NCBI GenBank assembly: GCA_964423515.1
Contig: CAYRFL010000007.1
Coordinates: 1,448-65,447 of the forward strand
From: an uncultured archaeon
GTDB taxonomy: Archaea > Thermoplasmatota > Penumbrarchaeia > JASLWR01
Length of the DNA: 64,000 nt
Direction of reading: 5' to 3'
The notes under the pieces are model-generated. The model was given only the letters and a program-made list of their open reading frames with translations. It was not told the origin of the DNA and did not search any database. Positions 43,793-53,549 of the stretch are shown piece after piece. Position numbers and translations under genes: made by a program. The number at the start of each line of letters is the position of its first letter. Position 1 is the stretch's first letter.

Positions 43793-46261
43793 TCAGCTCG
43801 TCCTTTCCCTTATGACGTCGGCGATGTTGATCCTGGCAATGTATCTTATAGTGAACAGTGACACGAGGAGTACGACGAAAGCGATCATAATAAAGCCGAA
43901 AAGGAAGCCAAGCCAGGAGAAGACGATGGTCAGTTCCCAATCGAAATCTGTAACCGCCTGCATCATGTACGCTGCCAGTCCGTATCCCCCTGCCGTTCCC
44001 ACCAGAACACCGAAAATGGTGATGAAACCCCCTTCGATGAATATCAGATGGCCAAGCCTTCGGAGGGGTGTACCCAGGGTCTTCATGGTGGCGTAGTTCC
44101 TTCTGTTCTCCTGGGCGTTGATCCTGAAGAGATTGTATATGATGGCTCCGGCCAATATCATGCTTATGAGCCCCATTATGACCATCATGCCGATAATGAG
44201 GTTGTAGTACTGTGCCAGGACATTTTCCCTGTCGGAGATGTGGCTCACCGCCCGGACACCGGGGACGGTTATCAGATCGTTCTCCATGTCGGTGTCGTCC
44301 CCCCCGCCCTCAGTACTCAGATATACCACGTTCACAAGCCCTTCCAGCTTTGTCGTGTCCTGGATGAATGCAAGGTCCGTGTACACGTAGGGGCCAAGTA
44401 TGTTATCCTGCACTCCCGAAACGGTCACGGTGACCTCCGTCATGTTCAGACCGGCAGGTCCCATCACGGGCATCTCCAGCACCAGTTCATCATCGACCCC
44501 GGCTCCCAATTCTTCCGCCAGCGTTTCCGATATAACGAGCTTCCCCGGCTGGACGGAACCCGATTTCATCTTCAGGTCATAGGCTTCTGTTATATCCTCC
44601 AGACCATATACCAGGGCCTCTTCCGAACCTGAACCGTCGATTATCTTTGTGGGGAGCATTATTCCCGAGTTCGTGTCCGTTATCACGGTGAAGTTCTGAT
44701 GCCATTCATCGGCCCCGATCTGGGATTGAAATCCCTCCAGGGTCACCTCGTAATCCCACTTTAGGTCCTCGGTCGATTGATCCAGGATCGCCACGATGGA
44801 TTCCAGCACGATGGCAAAGCTGAGAAACAGGGAGAGCGCCAGGGCCACCCCGAACACAGTGGAAAATGTTCTTCGGGGTGTTCGCAAGAGGTTCCTGAGG
44901 GTGAGCTTGAGGGGTACGGGTAGCTTTCCCATCTTTCCTATTCTGGTGGCAACACGGCCCACCTTCTTCTTGCTTATACCTTCACGGGATTGGATTGCGT
45001 CTATGGGTTTGATCCGAAGTGCTCTCCAAGCGGGGAATATGGTGAAGACCAGGCAGAGGGCCATGCATATAAGGCTGGCCGAGAGGAAATGATACCATGA
45101 GAAGGCGCCCTTCGTCACGGTGAAATCGTAGAGGTCGTCCAGAAGGTCCATGAACGCACCGTTGATAGGTACGGATAGAAGCATTCCAAGCCCCGTTCCC
45201 AGAATGCCTATAAAGAGACCGATGAAACCGAAGTACCTTATAACAACGCCGTTGGGCAGGCCCAGCGCCTTGAATATTCCGATCTGTGTACGGTGGGTCT
45301 GGATCATTCTTCTCAGGGCGATGACCAATCCAAATGCCGCCACCCCGAAGATGATCATGGGAAATATTGCCGTGTTCTCCCTGTCGTTCTTCAGGTCCTG
45401 GTACATGAAGAACCTGGAGGGATTATCCTCCCTGGGGGTGAGCTTGACAGGTATGCCTGCGTTCTCGAATACCGTCTCCAGCCTTCCCTGGAACTCATCC
45501 AGCTCCTCATAGTCCTTCAGGGTGAGTACGATGTCGTTGACCGTCGTGTTGTTGGGTACATATCCCAGGTAAAGCTCCTGAGCGGTATCCATAGGCAGCA
45601 TGACCACGCCGAATGAGTATTCCGATGGGAACATTGCCCCTTCGGGGATCACGAAGAAGTACTCGGGGACGCTGGCATCCTCGAGCACATCCAGCTCGAA
45701 GTTCTGGGTTCCCTTTATCACGTTTACCCTGTCCTGGCCAGGATCTATGTCATAGGCCCTGGAGAACTTCCGCTCGATGAAGCATTCGCGGGCATTCGGT
45801 GCCGAGAACGTTTCAGGCTCTTCGGAAAAGAACAGCGGTACGTTCACGACAAGGTCTCTTGAAGCCCCCGTATCATTGAATGTCATATACCCGATGACCT
45901 GGCCCTTTGTGATCTTCATCTCACCACCGTCGTGGTGGTTAAGAAACACATCGTAGCTCAACCGGTATTCGATCATATCCACATCCCGGGCCAGGCCGGA
46001 ATCCTCCATGAGGGCACGGATGTCCGTAAGGTTCCGGGTTATCCCGTACTGGAACTGCACCTGAAGGTCCATGAACCGGCTGTCGTCGTATATCTCCTCC
46101 AGTATGAGCTCACGGGCATCGATCATGTTGTACATGGGTCCGTAGGAGGCCACCCCCAATCCCAGTATCAGGATCAGGAAGAGGTATTGGACCTTGTGCT
46201 TCCACACTTCCCGGATACCTTTCTTAATGAACGTTTTTTTCATAGTATCCCTCCCTACCAT
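43793..46261 (-). CDS. ABC transporter permease, MacB/FtsX-type (duplicated)
   Basis: 822 aa with the same architecture as 12846..15161. Overlaps the ATPase gene by 7 nt. Confidence 0.9.
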   Translation of the reverse strand: MVGRDTMKKTFIKKGIREVWKHKVQYLFLILILGLGVASYGPMYNMIDARELILEEIYDDSRFMDLQVQFQYGITRNLTDIRALMEDSGLARDVDMIEYRLSYDVFLNHHDGGEMKITKGQVIGYMTFNDTGASRDLVVNVPLFFSEEPETFSAPNARECFIERKFSRAYDIDPGQDRVNVIKGTQNFELDVLEDASVPEYFFVIPEGAMFPSEYSFGVVMLPMDTAQELYLGYVPNNTTVNDIVLTLKDYEELDEFQGRLETVFENAGIPVKLTPREDNPSRFFMYQDLKNDRENTAIFPMIIFGVAAFGLVIALRRMIQTHRTQIGIFKALGLPNGVVIRYFGFIGLFIGILGTGLGMLLSVPINGAFMDLLDDLYDFTVTKGAFSWYHFLSASLICMALCLVFTIFPAWRALRIKPIDAIQSREGISKKKVGRVATRIGKMGKLPVPLKLTLRNLLRTPRRTFSTVFGVALALSLFLSFAIVLESIVAILDQSTEDLKWDYEVTLEGFQSQIGADEWHQNFTVITDTNSGIMLPTKIIDGSGSEEALVYGLEDITEAYDLKMKSGSVQPGKLVISETLAEELGAGVDDELVLEMPVMGPAGLNMTEVTVTVSGVQDNILGPYVYTDLAFIQDTTKLEGLVNVVYLSTEGGGDDTDMENDLITVPGVRAVSHISDRENVLAQYYNLIIGMMVIMGLISMILAGAIIYNLFRINAQENRRNYATMKTLGTPLRRLGHLIFIEGGFITIFGVLVGTAGGYGLAAYMMQAVTDFDWELTIVFSWLGFLFGFIMIAFVVLLVSLFTIRYIARINIADVIRERTS

Positions 46262-46974
46262 TCCAGGTCCTTGACGCTCATGGGTTTCACGTTCCGCTCC
46301 TCTCTGAGGATCTCCCCGTCCCTTAGATAGAGCACCTTGTGGGCGATCTTGGCCAGCTCCTTGTTATGGGTGACGATGAGCACCGCCCTGCCCTTGTCGG
46401 CAAAGGACACGAGAAGCTCCAGTATCATCTTTCCCGTGGTGTAGTCCAGTTCGCCCGTGGGCTCGTCTGCCAGAAGTATGTTCGGATCCTTGGACAGGGC
46501 CCGGGATATGGCCACCCTCTGCTGCTCGCCGCCCGATAGCTGGAAGGGATAGTGGTTCTCCCTGCCATCCAGTCCCACCATCTCAAGGAGCTTTCTGGCC
46601 TTGCCCCTGGCCTCCCTGCCGCTCATGTCCATGACGTATTCCAGTACGAACTCTATGTTCTCCACCGCCGTGAGGTTCGGTATGAGGTTGAAGAACTGGA
46701 ATATAAAGCCGATTTTCTTCTGCCGGTATCTGGTCAGCTGTCTCTGGCTCAGCCCGGCGATCTCGTTTCCTTCAACCCTGATGGAACCCCCCGTGGGGCT
46801 GTCTATTCCGCCGATCTGGTTAAGAAGGGTCGTCTTTCCGCATCCGCTCGGGCCGAGGATCACCGTTACCTGATCCGGCTCTATCGTTAGGCTTACATCC
46901 CTGAGTGCTCGGACGATCACCTCGCCCATCTTGTACTCCTTGGACATGTCCTCTATCTCGATGATGTGTCTCAT
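46255..46974 (-). CDS. ABC transporter ATP-binding protein
   Basis: [31 protein letters not shown] and [11 protein letters not shown]. Confidence 0.9.
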   Translation of the reverse strand: MRHIIEIEDMSKEYKMGEVIVRALRDVSLTIEPDQVTVILGPSGCGKTTLLNQIGGIDSPTGGSIRVEGNEIAGLSQRQLTRYRQKKIGFIFQFFNLIPNLTAVENIEFVLEYVMDMSGREARGKARKLLEMVGLDGRENHYPFQLSGGEQQRVAISRALSKDPNILLADEPTGELDYTTGKMILELLVSFADKGRAVLIVTHNKELAKIAHKVLYLRDGEILREERNVKPMSVKDLEW

Positions 46975-47645
46975 TGGTTCACCTCCAGTTTACGCAGCAG
47001 TTCATCGTAATACTCCTTCAGAAGTCCGGGCCTGGTTCCAAGTATCCTCTCGTCGATATCGAACACCGCCTCGATGAGCTGCCTGTCGGCAAGCTTGTCC
47101 ATCGTATGCGAATGCCTGCCCTCGAACACGGCGCCGGAAATGCCGAGAAGTGCGATCCCGGTTTCCCGGGGATACCTGACGTTGAACGATCCTTCGGCGT
47201 TGCCCTCCTCGATGATCCTTTCAAGGTATGGAGCGACCAGTGGTATGACCTTCTTCTCTATCTTGAGGTGGATGTGGGCGTTTCTTTCCTCGTGAATATA
47301 TTCCATGAGACGTTCTCGCCCCTTCCCCATGTTTGCGAAGCTGGCCGATGCGGCAACTATCCTTCCGAGGGCATCCAGTTCTCCACGCTCCATGATCGCG
47401 TCCAGCACGGCCCTGATCTCTTCGACGATCCTTTCCATGAGCGCATCGAGAAGCTCGCTCTTGGAGCTGAAGTAATGATAGAAAGTGCCCTTGGCGATCC
47501 CCACATGGTCGATTATCGCCTGGATGGACGTCTCGTCGTAACCCTTCTCACCGAAGAGCCTCTCGGCGGCATCCAGTATCTCCTTTTTCCGTACGTCGTG
47601 TCCCTTGGTAATGCGGATCATGCTGACAACTCCCGGACGTTCCAT
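46971..47645 (-). CDS. TetR/AcrR-family transcriptional regulator
   Basis: KEILDAAERLFGEKGYDETSIQAIIDHVGIAKGTFYHYFSSKSELL. Has a 4-nt overlap with the ATPase gene. An alternative start is at 47621. Confidence 0.85.
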   Translation of the reverse strand: MERPGVVSMIRITKGHDVRKKEILDAAERLFGEKGYDETSIQAIIDHVGIAKGTFYHYFSSKSELLDALMERIVEEIRAVLDAIMERGELDALGRIVAASASFANMGKGRERLMEYIHEERNAHIHLKIEKKVIPLVAPYLERIIEEGNAEGSFNVRYPRETGIALLGISGAVFEGRHSHTMDKLADRQLIEAVFDIDERILGTRPGLLKEYYDELLRKLEVNQ

Positions 47646-47651
47646 CGCACT

Positions 47652-47668
47652 CGACCGACCGTCGGTCG
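47652..47668. promoter_or_regulatory. perfect 8-1-8 palindrome between the TATA-like box and the tetR start (candidate TetR operator)
   Basis: CGACCGAC-C-GTCGGTCG lies at 47652..47668, with TTAAATATA (minus strand) at about 47670..47679. Confidence 0.4.
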
Positions 47669-47804
47669 GTATATTTAATTGAAGGTATATAGGATTTGTG
47701 GTAAGATGGTCAAAATGGAGAAAACGGATTATAATGATACGTTTTTCTGTAATCGGACCTAATCGAGAATTCTTCTTGCTTCCAACAGAATAGACCGAGG
47801 GGTC

Positions 47805-48605
47805 TTGTGCTTATTATTAAAAAGATATAAAATTCCTGACCACTATACCCTATTCCATGGCCTTCCTTTCCGAAGGCCGGGTGAAACATTGAAAGAAAAG
47901 ATCATATCCATACAGGACCCAATAGAAACAGAATACAGTCCGAGACAGTGGGATATACTGTCGACAATGCGTGGAAAGGCCCGGGAGATCTGCGACATTT
48001 TTTCTCTCCCTTCATCCGTTTACGGCTCCCTGGCCAGGGGTGATGTTCATTCTAAAAGCGATATTGATATAATTGTTTACTCGGTGGAACCCACCTATAT
48101 TATCGATACTGCGTTGGAAATGGCGGGGCTTATCCCTGAAAGCAGGGTGCTGATACAGGCCTGTCCGAATACTGTTCCCAAGGCCGTCTGGAACCTGGAG
48201 GACGAGGTGAGCATTACCGTTCCCCTCCTGGATCTCAACAGGCGGGAACTGGAGTTCTTCTCTTTCGGGGGGAATCTGAGCTTCGAACGGGATAATCCGG
48301 ACTCATTTGTAAGGAGAGTACCGGGTGTGGATAAAAAGCTCCTGTTGATAACACCGACTGAGAATGGGCATAAGGCTGAAAGCATCATTGGCCAGGAGAA
48401 AAAGGTTTCCACGATCCTGTGTATCTCCCCTGACGTGGTGGGTGAGAGGATCAGGGTGCTTAGCCGCCGGGACCGCATCGGAAGGACCGGTGTTTTCATC
48501 ACCAGGCCCCTGAATCCGGATGAGAGTTTTGAACAGGTGCTCAGGGAGCTAACCGACAGGAACTCTACGGTGAGACGTCAGGTAGCATATCGGAACATAA
48601 GGTGA
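47805..48605 (+). CDS. Pol-beta-superfamily nucleotidyltransferase domain protein
   Basis: YGSLARGDVHSKSDIDIIVY is the GS..D.D NTase motif. The start is uncertain (TTG in the track). Confidence 0.7.
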   Translation: MCLLLKRYKIPDHYTLFHGLPFRRPGETLKEKIISIQDPIETEYSPRQWDILSTMRGKAREICDIFSLPSSVYGSLARGDVHSKSDIDIIVYSVEPTYIIDTALEMAGLIPESRVLIQACPNTVPKAVWNLEDEVSITVPLLDLNRRELEFFSFGGNLSFERDNPDSFVRRVPGVDKKLLLITPTENGHKAESIIGQEKKVSTILCISPDVVGERIRVLSRRDRIGRTGVFITRPLNPDESFEQVLRELTDRNSTVRRQVAYRNIR

Positions 48606-48609
48606 TGAT

Positions 48610-49245
48610 ATGAGGGGAGAAAAAGCAACCCGAGTTCAGAGTCAATTCGATCTCCATGTCCATTCCACCGGCTCCTTCGACTCAAAGCTCAGACCCAGGC
48701 AGATATTAACAAAAGCCAGGAACCTCGGCCTCAGTGGAATATCCATCACCGACCATGACAGATTGACAGAGGTACAAAATCCCTATCCCGATCTGTTGCT
48801 CATTCCGGGTATGGAGATCCGAATCTACGATCAGGGACTATGTCCTTCCTGGGGCGCCGATCTGCTTGCACTAGGGATCGAGCATGAAGTGGAAACAGGC
48901 CGGGGTCTGTTCTCCACCATCGAAGCCATCCATGATGCCGGGGGAGTGGTTGTGGTCCCCCACCCATTTTCCTCGAAAGATGAATTTCCCGCTCTAAACG
49001 AGGGGGTGTACGATATTGCTCATCTTGTGGAAGGGATCGAGGTATTGAACCAGAAAAAACACCTGGACAATGTCAGGGCAAGAAAGTTATCTGAAACCTT
49101 TAACTTGGCCAAAATTGGTGGTTCAGATGCACACGAGTTGGAGTATCTGGGCAGGGTGGTGACTGTTTCAGAGGCCATCCACTCAAGCGAAGAACTGCTG
49201 GTGGCGATCCGCCACAGGAGATGTAGGGCGCTGAAGGTCTTTTAG
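48610..49245 (+). CDS. PHP-family metal-dependent phosphoesterase
   Basis: FDLHVHSTGSFDS, ISITDHD, VVPHPF and GGSDAHE. Confidence 0.8.
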   Translation: MRGEKATRVQSQFDLHVHSTGSFDSKLRPRQILTKARNLGLSGISITDHDRLTEVQNPYPDLLLIPGMEIRIYDQGLCPSWGADLLALGIEHEVETGRGLFSTIEAIHDAGGVVVVPHPFSSKDEFPALNEGVYDIAHLVEGIEVLNQKKHLDNVRARKLSETFNLAKIGGSDAHELEYLGRVVTVSEAIHSSEELLVAIRHRRCRALKVF

Positions 49246-49346
49246 GAACTGAAAGAAGTACATGCGTATCATCAAACCGTAAAACCTATTTCTCACCATC
49301 CCCAATAACCATAAAGATACTTCCAATTTAACGGGAGCCGATAACC

Positions 49347-49961
49347 ATGGCAAAATTCAAGGAATTTCTGAAGACCACCCTTCTCGGAGGTCTGGGCGTC
49401 CTGCTGCCGACCATGATAATAGTACTGGTATTCACCGGCCTGTTCAGGTATATTGGGGGAAAGCTGAACCCCCTTTCGGAGCTGTTGTTCGGGAATGTCG
49501 TCATTCCGGACACGCTTGCTGATATCATCACGGCGCTCATCATCATACTGGCCTGCTTTCTCGTGGGTGTGATAGTAAAGACCAGGGTGGGAAAGGGTAT
49601 CTTCCGGTTCATCGAGAGAGAGATGCTCAGGAAGATACCGGGCTACAGCATAGTGAACGAGACCATCAGCCACTTCACCACGGCCAAGAAGACCCCCTTC
49701 TCCAAGGTTGCCGTGATAAGGCCCTTCGACAGCGGGGCCCTTCTCACAGGCTTCATAACCGATGAGCATCCCGACCACAGCTACACCGTGTTCGTGCCTA
49801 CGGGGCCGAATCCCACATCCGGCAACATCCTGCACCTGGCTGGCGAGAACGTGTTCATAGTGGATGTGTCCGTGGAGGAGGCGATGAAGTCCATCATCGG
49901 ATGCGGGGCCGGTTCGAGCAAGATAATGAGGAGCTACAGGAAGAAGTACCAGACAGGTTAG
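49347..49961 (+). CDS. DUF502-family membrane protein
   Basis: Two N-terminal TM helices and the conserved VFVPTGPNPTSGNILHL...VDVSVEEAMKSIIGCG. Confidence 0.8.
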   Translation: MAKFKEFLKTTLLGGLGVLLPTMIIVLVFTGLFRYIGGKLNPLSELLFGNVVIPDTLADIITALIIILACFLVGVIVKTRVGKGIFRFIEREMLRKIPGYSIVNETISHFTTAKKTPFSKVAVIRPFDSGALLTGFITDEHPDHSYTVFVPTGPNPTSGNILHLAGENVFIVDVSVEEAMKSIIGCGAGSSKIMRSYRKKYQTG

Positions 49962-50147
49962 ATCGGAAGGGTCTGGAGATAGGTCAGATAGGAAGGACCC
50001 GAAGTAAGGTTAGATCGGAAGGGCCCGAAGGCAGGTCATATCGGAGAGACTCGAAGTAAGGTTAGATCGGATGGGCCCGAAGGCAGGTCATATCGGAGAG
50101 ACTCGAAGTTAGGTTAGATCGGAAGAACCCGAAGGCAGGTTCGAAGG
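49956..50147 (+). repeat. 52-nt tandem repeat, about 3.7 copies (each unit made of two related 26-nt half-units)
   Basis: GGTTAGATCGG occurs at 49956, 50008, 50060 and 50112. The array starts at the DUF502 stop codon. Confidence 0.85.
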
Positions 50148-50264
50148 ATGAAGTGGACGAACTCTGGCATGGATATTTTCGAGAGTGATTCCTAAAGAAC
50201 AGGAATACTGCGCATGTCGTGGGCGGTATTAATTTTATATATCCGCAAAACCAATAGACAATGG

Positions 50265-50762
50265 ATGCGAAAGAGTCCGGTATTGACCGTACTTGCCGTC
50301 CTTCTGCTCCTGGGCGGCCTGGGCATTTTCATATTCTCTGCCGTAAGGGGAGATTCGGAGTTCCACCTTTTTCTCATCATACCGGTGATATCGAGCCAGG
50401 ATCCCCTGGGAATCGTGGGCATGCTCATGTTCATGGCCGGTCTCATCATGTTCCCCATCGCGCGTTTCATGGGCCATGTTGGCGACATGGGCAGGAGGGA
50501 AGAACAGGCATACCAGGGAGGCGAGTTCGGAAGCGATAGATTCGGGAGCGGCGAGTGCGAAAAAGGAGATGTATCATATCGTGGGAACGTTAACGTCGGC
50601 CGTGAACACTCCAAACCCAGGATCGGCGGCGTCGTGTTCATCGGTCCCATACCCATAGTATTCGGCTCGGAGCGTGGCATCGCCAGATGGATGATACCGG
50701 CTGCAGCGGCCCTGGCGGTTATAATGGTTCTCATGATGGTCCTGCCGCTGCTGGTAATGTAG
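50265..50762 (+). CDS. DUF131-like archaeal membrane protein
   Basis: Three TM helices and IGGVVFIGPIPIVFGS. The ATG at 50265 (MRKSPVLTVL) is preferred over the ORF-track start at 50214. Confidence 0.6.
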   Translation: MRKSPVLTVLAVLLLLGGLGIFIFSAVRGDSEFHLFLIIPVISSQDPLGIVGMLMFMAGLIMFPIARFMGHVGDMGRREEQAYQGGEFGSDRFGSGECEKGDVSYRGNVNVGREHSKPRIGGVVFIGPIPIVFGSERGIARWMIPAAAALAVIMVLMMVLPLLVM

Positions 50763-50841
50763 GGGCAATTACTGCGCTTCCAGATGCATTGTTATGATAG
50801 AATTTCATTCAGTGGATATTCCATCCTAATCAATATTCTCT

Positions 50842-52956
50842 TCAGGCCACACCGGGCGGACGTGCGATCAGGTCAGGTGCTTTGTTTTCCCTGGGATCCT
50901 CGCTCTCCCCCTCGCCCACCTTATCTCCGACAACCGAATCCCGGCTCATCGCTGCCATTGCATCGCGCAAAGGTTCATTGCTGCGGGTGACCTTATTTCC
51001 CATGACCCTCAGGAGCCCCCTGGCACCGCATACTCTGCACTTTATCGTAGTGGGTCTTCTGGACGTATATATATCGATTGTGGCGCCGCACCTGCAGGGA
51101 GCCCGATACAGTACCTTTTCCTTCTTTCCGCGTTTGCTTCCTCGGCTTTTTACATCCTTATCTTCCATTTCCCCTCGGCGGTAACGGATAGTATGATGAT
51201 AATATCTGGGTGAACCCCGATGTTCCCGCGATGATATGAGCCCCGCCATTTTCAAGTTCGCCAGGTGTGTCTTGGTCACGGTTCTCTTCAATCCCAGGGC
51301 TTTCCTCAGTTCGCGGACGTTTGCCCCGGGATGTTCTTTGATGTAATTCTCAATCCCCTTCCTTTCATTACCGGTCAAGGCAACGAAGATCACGAATAAG
51401 ACACACAGGAGGATCAGGAGCACTACCCCTATAAGAACTGGTAAGAGAGTTGTGGGATCGGAGGTCTCCTCGTCGTCTTCCCCCGACCTCTCCGGATCGC
51501 GTGGATATGCATCTTCTTTGTTCGAATATCCGTCGCCGTCCAGATCGAGTGGTGTCGAAACAGGATTCATCGGGTCGCTCCCAGCCTCCTTCTCTGCGGC
51601 GTTCGTCCACCCGTCGTCGTCGGAATCGGCCAGCTCGTCCGGCAGGGGTGGCTTGGTGAAATCCATTGGCGGAAGCTCGACGGGAGGTTCCGCCATAGGC
51701 AACAGGTCGAAGGCACCGCCCTCGCCGTCCATGGTATACGGGGAGTCGACGATGCCGTTCCCATCGTCGTCCGGTCCAGTCCAGTCGGACCAGTGATTCC
51801 CGCCGCTTTCATCGTTCCAGTCGTTGTCGCCGTCGTCGGTGGCCTGTCCGTTCTCCCCGGCGTTCTGTAGAAACGAATTGGAGTGGAATGAATTTCCGGA
51901 TGTGCTTGAGGCCGCCCTGACGCCGTGAACGTTGCCCCCGAAGACGCATTCGGATACGGTATTTTCCTCAGAGTACTTTAGGAGCATTCCGTACCTCCCG
52001 TTGTCCGCCGACAGGATGTTCTTCAGTACGCTGCGATAGCAATGGTACAGGTGAAGCCCGTTATCGCCGTTCCTGGCTGCCGTACAGTTCAGGACCGCAC
52101 TGTCCGTGCTCATGACGTATATCCCGTCCATGTCGTTTCCGGAACAGTTGCATTCCCTCATCGTCACGGAGTTGGAATCGAATATGTATATGCCGCTCTT
52201 GCCGTTGTCATTGCACGTATAATTATCCAAAAGCAGGTCATTGGACAGCCAGTACGCATAGAATCCGTGATTCAGGTTCAGGTTGCACGTACCGTCCGCG
52301 AATACGTTGTCGTAGGAGTAGAACAGGTGTATGCCCGTACCACCGTTCTCGTCGCAGCGGCAGCCCCGTATCTCGTTACGGACCGCTCCGCCCATGATCA
52401 TCCCGACCCAGCCGTTCCGGGAGAGGTTACACGACCGGATGAGGTTGCCGCTGGAGTTGGTGATGGATAGCCCCATAAGATTGCCGGTACAGCGGCATTC
52501 GGCTACCGTGTTGTTGCCGGATCGTATGAGAATACCATTCCTGGCGTTCCGCGCGGTGATCCCGCGTATGGTTATGTTGTCGGCTGCCAGTTCGAGGGCA
52601 TATTCTCCGCCCATACCGTCGATTATCGCCTCCTGTCCTTCCTCTTCCGGACCGTTCACTGTCTGACCGTTCTTCGCTGGTCCGTTATCCTCCGGGCCCA
52701 GTATGGTCAGGGGCCGGTCGATCACGACGTTCTCGAGGTAAGTCCCGGGTCTGATGCGTATGGTATCGCCGTCCGTGGAGCCTTCGATGGCCGAGCTGAT
52801 GTTGAGATAGTCCCCGCTTCCGGATATGTCGACTATCAGTTCGCGCATAACCCTTTTCGATCCCGCTCCCGGCCGTGTTTCACCCTCCGTGGATGAAGGA
52901 AGGATGACGAGCATAATTACGAGGGCGGCCAACGGTAATATGGTCCGGGCATCCAT
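50842..52956 (-). CDS. surface beta-helix (PbH1) protein + TM + cytoplasmic winged helix + zinc ribbon
   Basis: Start MDARTILPLAALVIMLVILPSSTEG. PbH1 repeats, GGNHWSDWTGPDDDGNGIVDSPY and DSDDDGW..DLDGDGYSN. TM helix LLPVLIGVVLLILLCVLFVIFVAL. Then IKEHPGANVRELRKALGLKRTVTKTHLANLKMAGLI and CRCG..x15..CRVCG. Confidence 0.85.
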   Translation of the reverse strand: MDARTILPLAALVIMLVILPSSTEGETRPGAGSKRVMRELIVDISGSGDYLNISSAIEGSTDGDTIRIRPGTYLENVVIDRPLTILGPEDNGPAKNGQTVNGPEEEGQEAIIDGMGGEYALELAADNITIRGITARNARNGILIRSGNNTVAECRCTGNLMGLSITNSSGNLIRSCNLSRNGWVGMIMGGAVRNEIRGCRCDENGGTGIHLFYSYDNVFADGTCNLNLNHGFYAYWLSNDLLLDNYTCNDNGKSGIYIFDSNSVTMRECNCSGNDMDGIYVMSTDSAVLNCTAARNGDNGLHLYHCYRSVLKNILSADNGRYGMLLKYSEENTVSECVFGGNVHGVRAASSTSGNSFHSNSFLQNAGENGQATDDGDNDWNDESGGNHWSDWTGPDDDGNGIVDSPYTMDGEGGAFDLLPMAEPPVELPPMDFTKPPLPDELADSDDDGWTNAAEKEAGSDPMNPVSTPLDLDGDGYSNKEDAYPRDPERSGEDDEETSDPTTLLPVLIGVVLLILLCVLFVIFVALTGNERKGIENYIKEHPGANVRELRKALGLKRTVTKTHLANLKMAGLISSREHRGSPRYYHHTIRYRRGEMEDKDVKSRGSKRGKKEKVLYRAPCRCGATIDIYTSRRPTTIKCRVCGARGLLRVMGNKVTRSNEPLRDAMAAMSRDSVVGDKVGEGESEDPRENKAPDLIARPPGVA

Positions 52957-53035
52957 TATAAGAAAGATACGCAAGGATTCTATATATTGTCGACGGTGAT
53001 TAGTTCGATAAAAGTCGAAGCCTTTCGAGTAACGG

Positions 53036-53265
53036 TTTGCCGATGCCCGTTGACACTCCGCAAACCCCTTCGGGCTTTGCTGCACCCTCGGCATGTATAC
53101 CTACGGGTTCACGCCTCGGCACCCGCAGGGTAACGCCCCGAGGGTGCAGGGGCATATTATGCCCCGGAGTGAAACGGGCAAATACAGGCGTATCTTGATA
53201 CGCCAGGACCCGAAAGGACCAGATGCATCTCTGATGCATAGGATTTTCAGCTTGACAATGTGTGC
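53036..53265. other. densely hairpin-forming non-coding region (possible structured RNA or long 5' leader)
   Basis: An 11-bp inverted repeat 53081..53091 / 53138..53148 encloses a 9-bp stem-loop. Hairpins lie at 53060..53080 (C-UUCG-G loop), 53149..53165, 53187..53204 and 53223..53239. A closing helix pairs 53036..53051 with 53173..53182. Confidence 0.3.
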
Positions 53266-53384
53266 CACATCGCGTGGAACCGCAGATGCGGCTTCATAAA
53301 ATGGGCTGGTCGTTTGATTGGTGAGGTTGATATTTAGATGTTTGGACCGCTCGTTCGTCATGTTTTCGCCCCTTCCCACCCAAT

Positions 53385-53528
53385 AGGTCGGTGTTTCACC
53401 GACCACGAGGGCAGGCCCTCGTCCAATCTCTTGACGATTATTATTTCCTATTTGATATCGGGCCTGTATTCGCCTACACCACCCCTGTTCCACCCCCCGG
53501 CTACCAGGCCCTCTTTGTTGAAGAGAGT
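53385..53528 (+). repeat. intergenic repeat family 2, copy B
   Basis: Hairpins GGTCGGTG-TTT-CACCGACC (53386..53404), ACGAGGGC-AG-GCCCTCGT (53405..53422) and GGGCCTG...CAGGCCC (53460..53511). Aligns with 20711..20858. Confidence 0.6.
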
Positions 53529-53549
53529 TTGTTGAATACCTCTATCAGG

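Noticed and set aside
49956-50147. Possible CRISPR array.
   Set aside because: The repeat units are directly contiguous with no unique spacers. The repeats are imperfect. No cas genes or leader-like region are nearby.
53036-53265. SRP RNA or RNase P RNA identity for the structured region.
   Set aside because: I could not find the conserved RNase P motifs (GAGGAAAGTCC-like, ACAGAA) or an SRP helix-8-like motif on either strand. It is kept only as an unclassified structured region.
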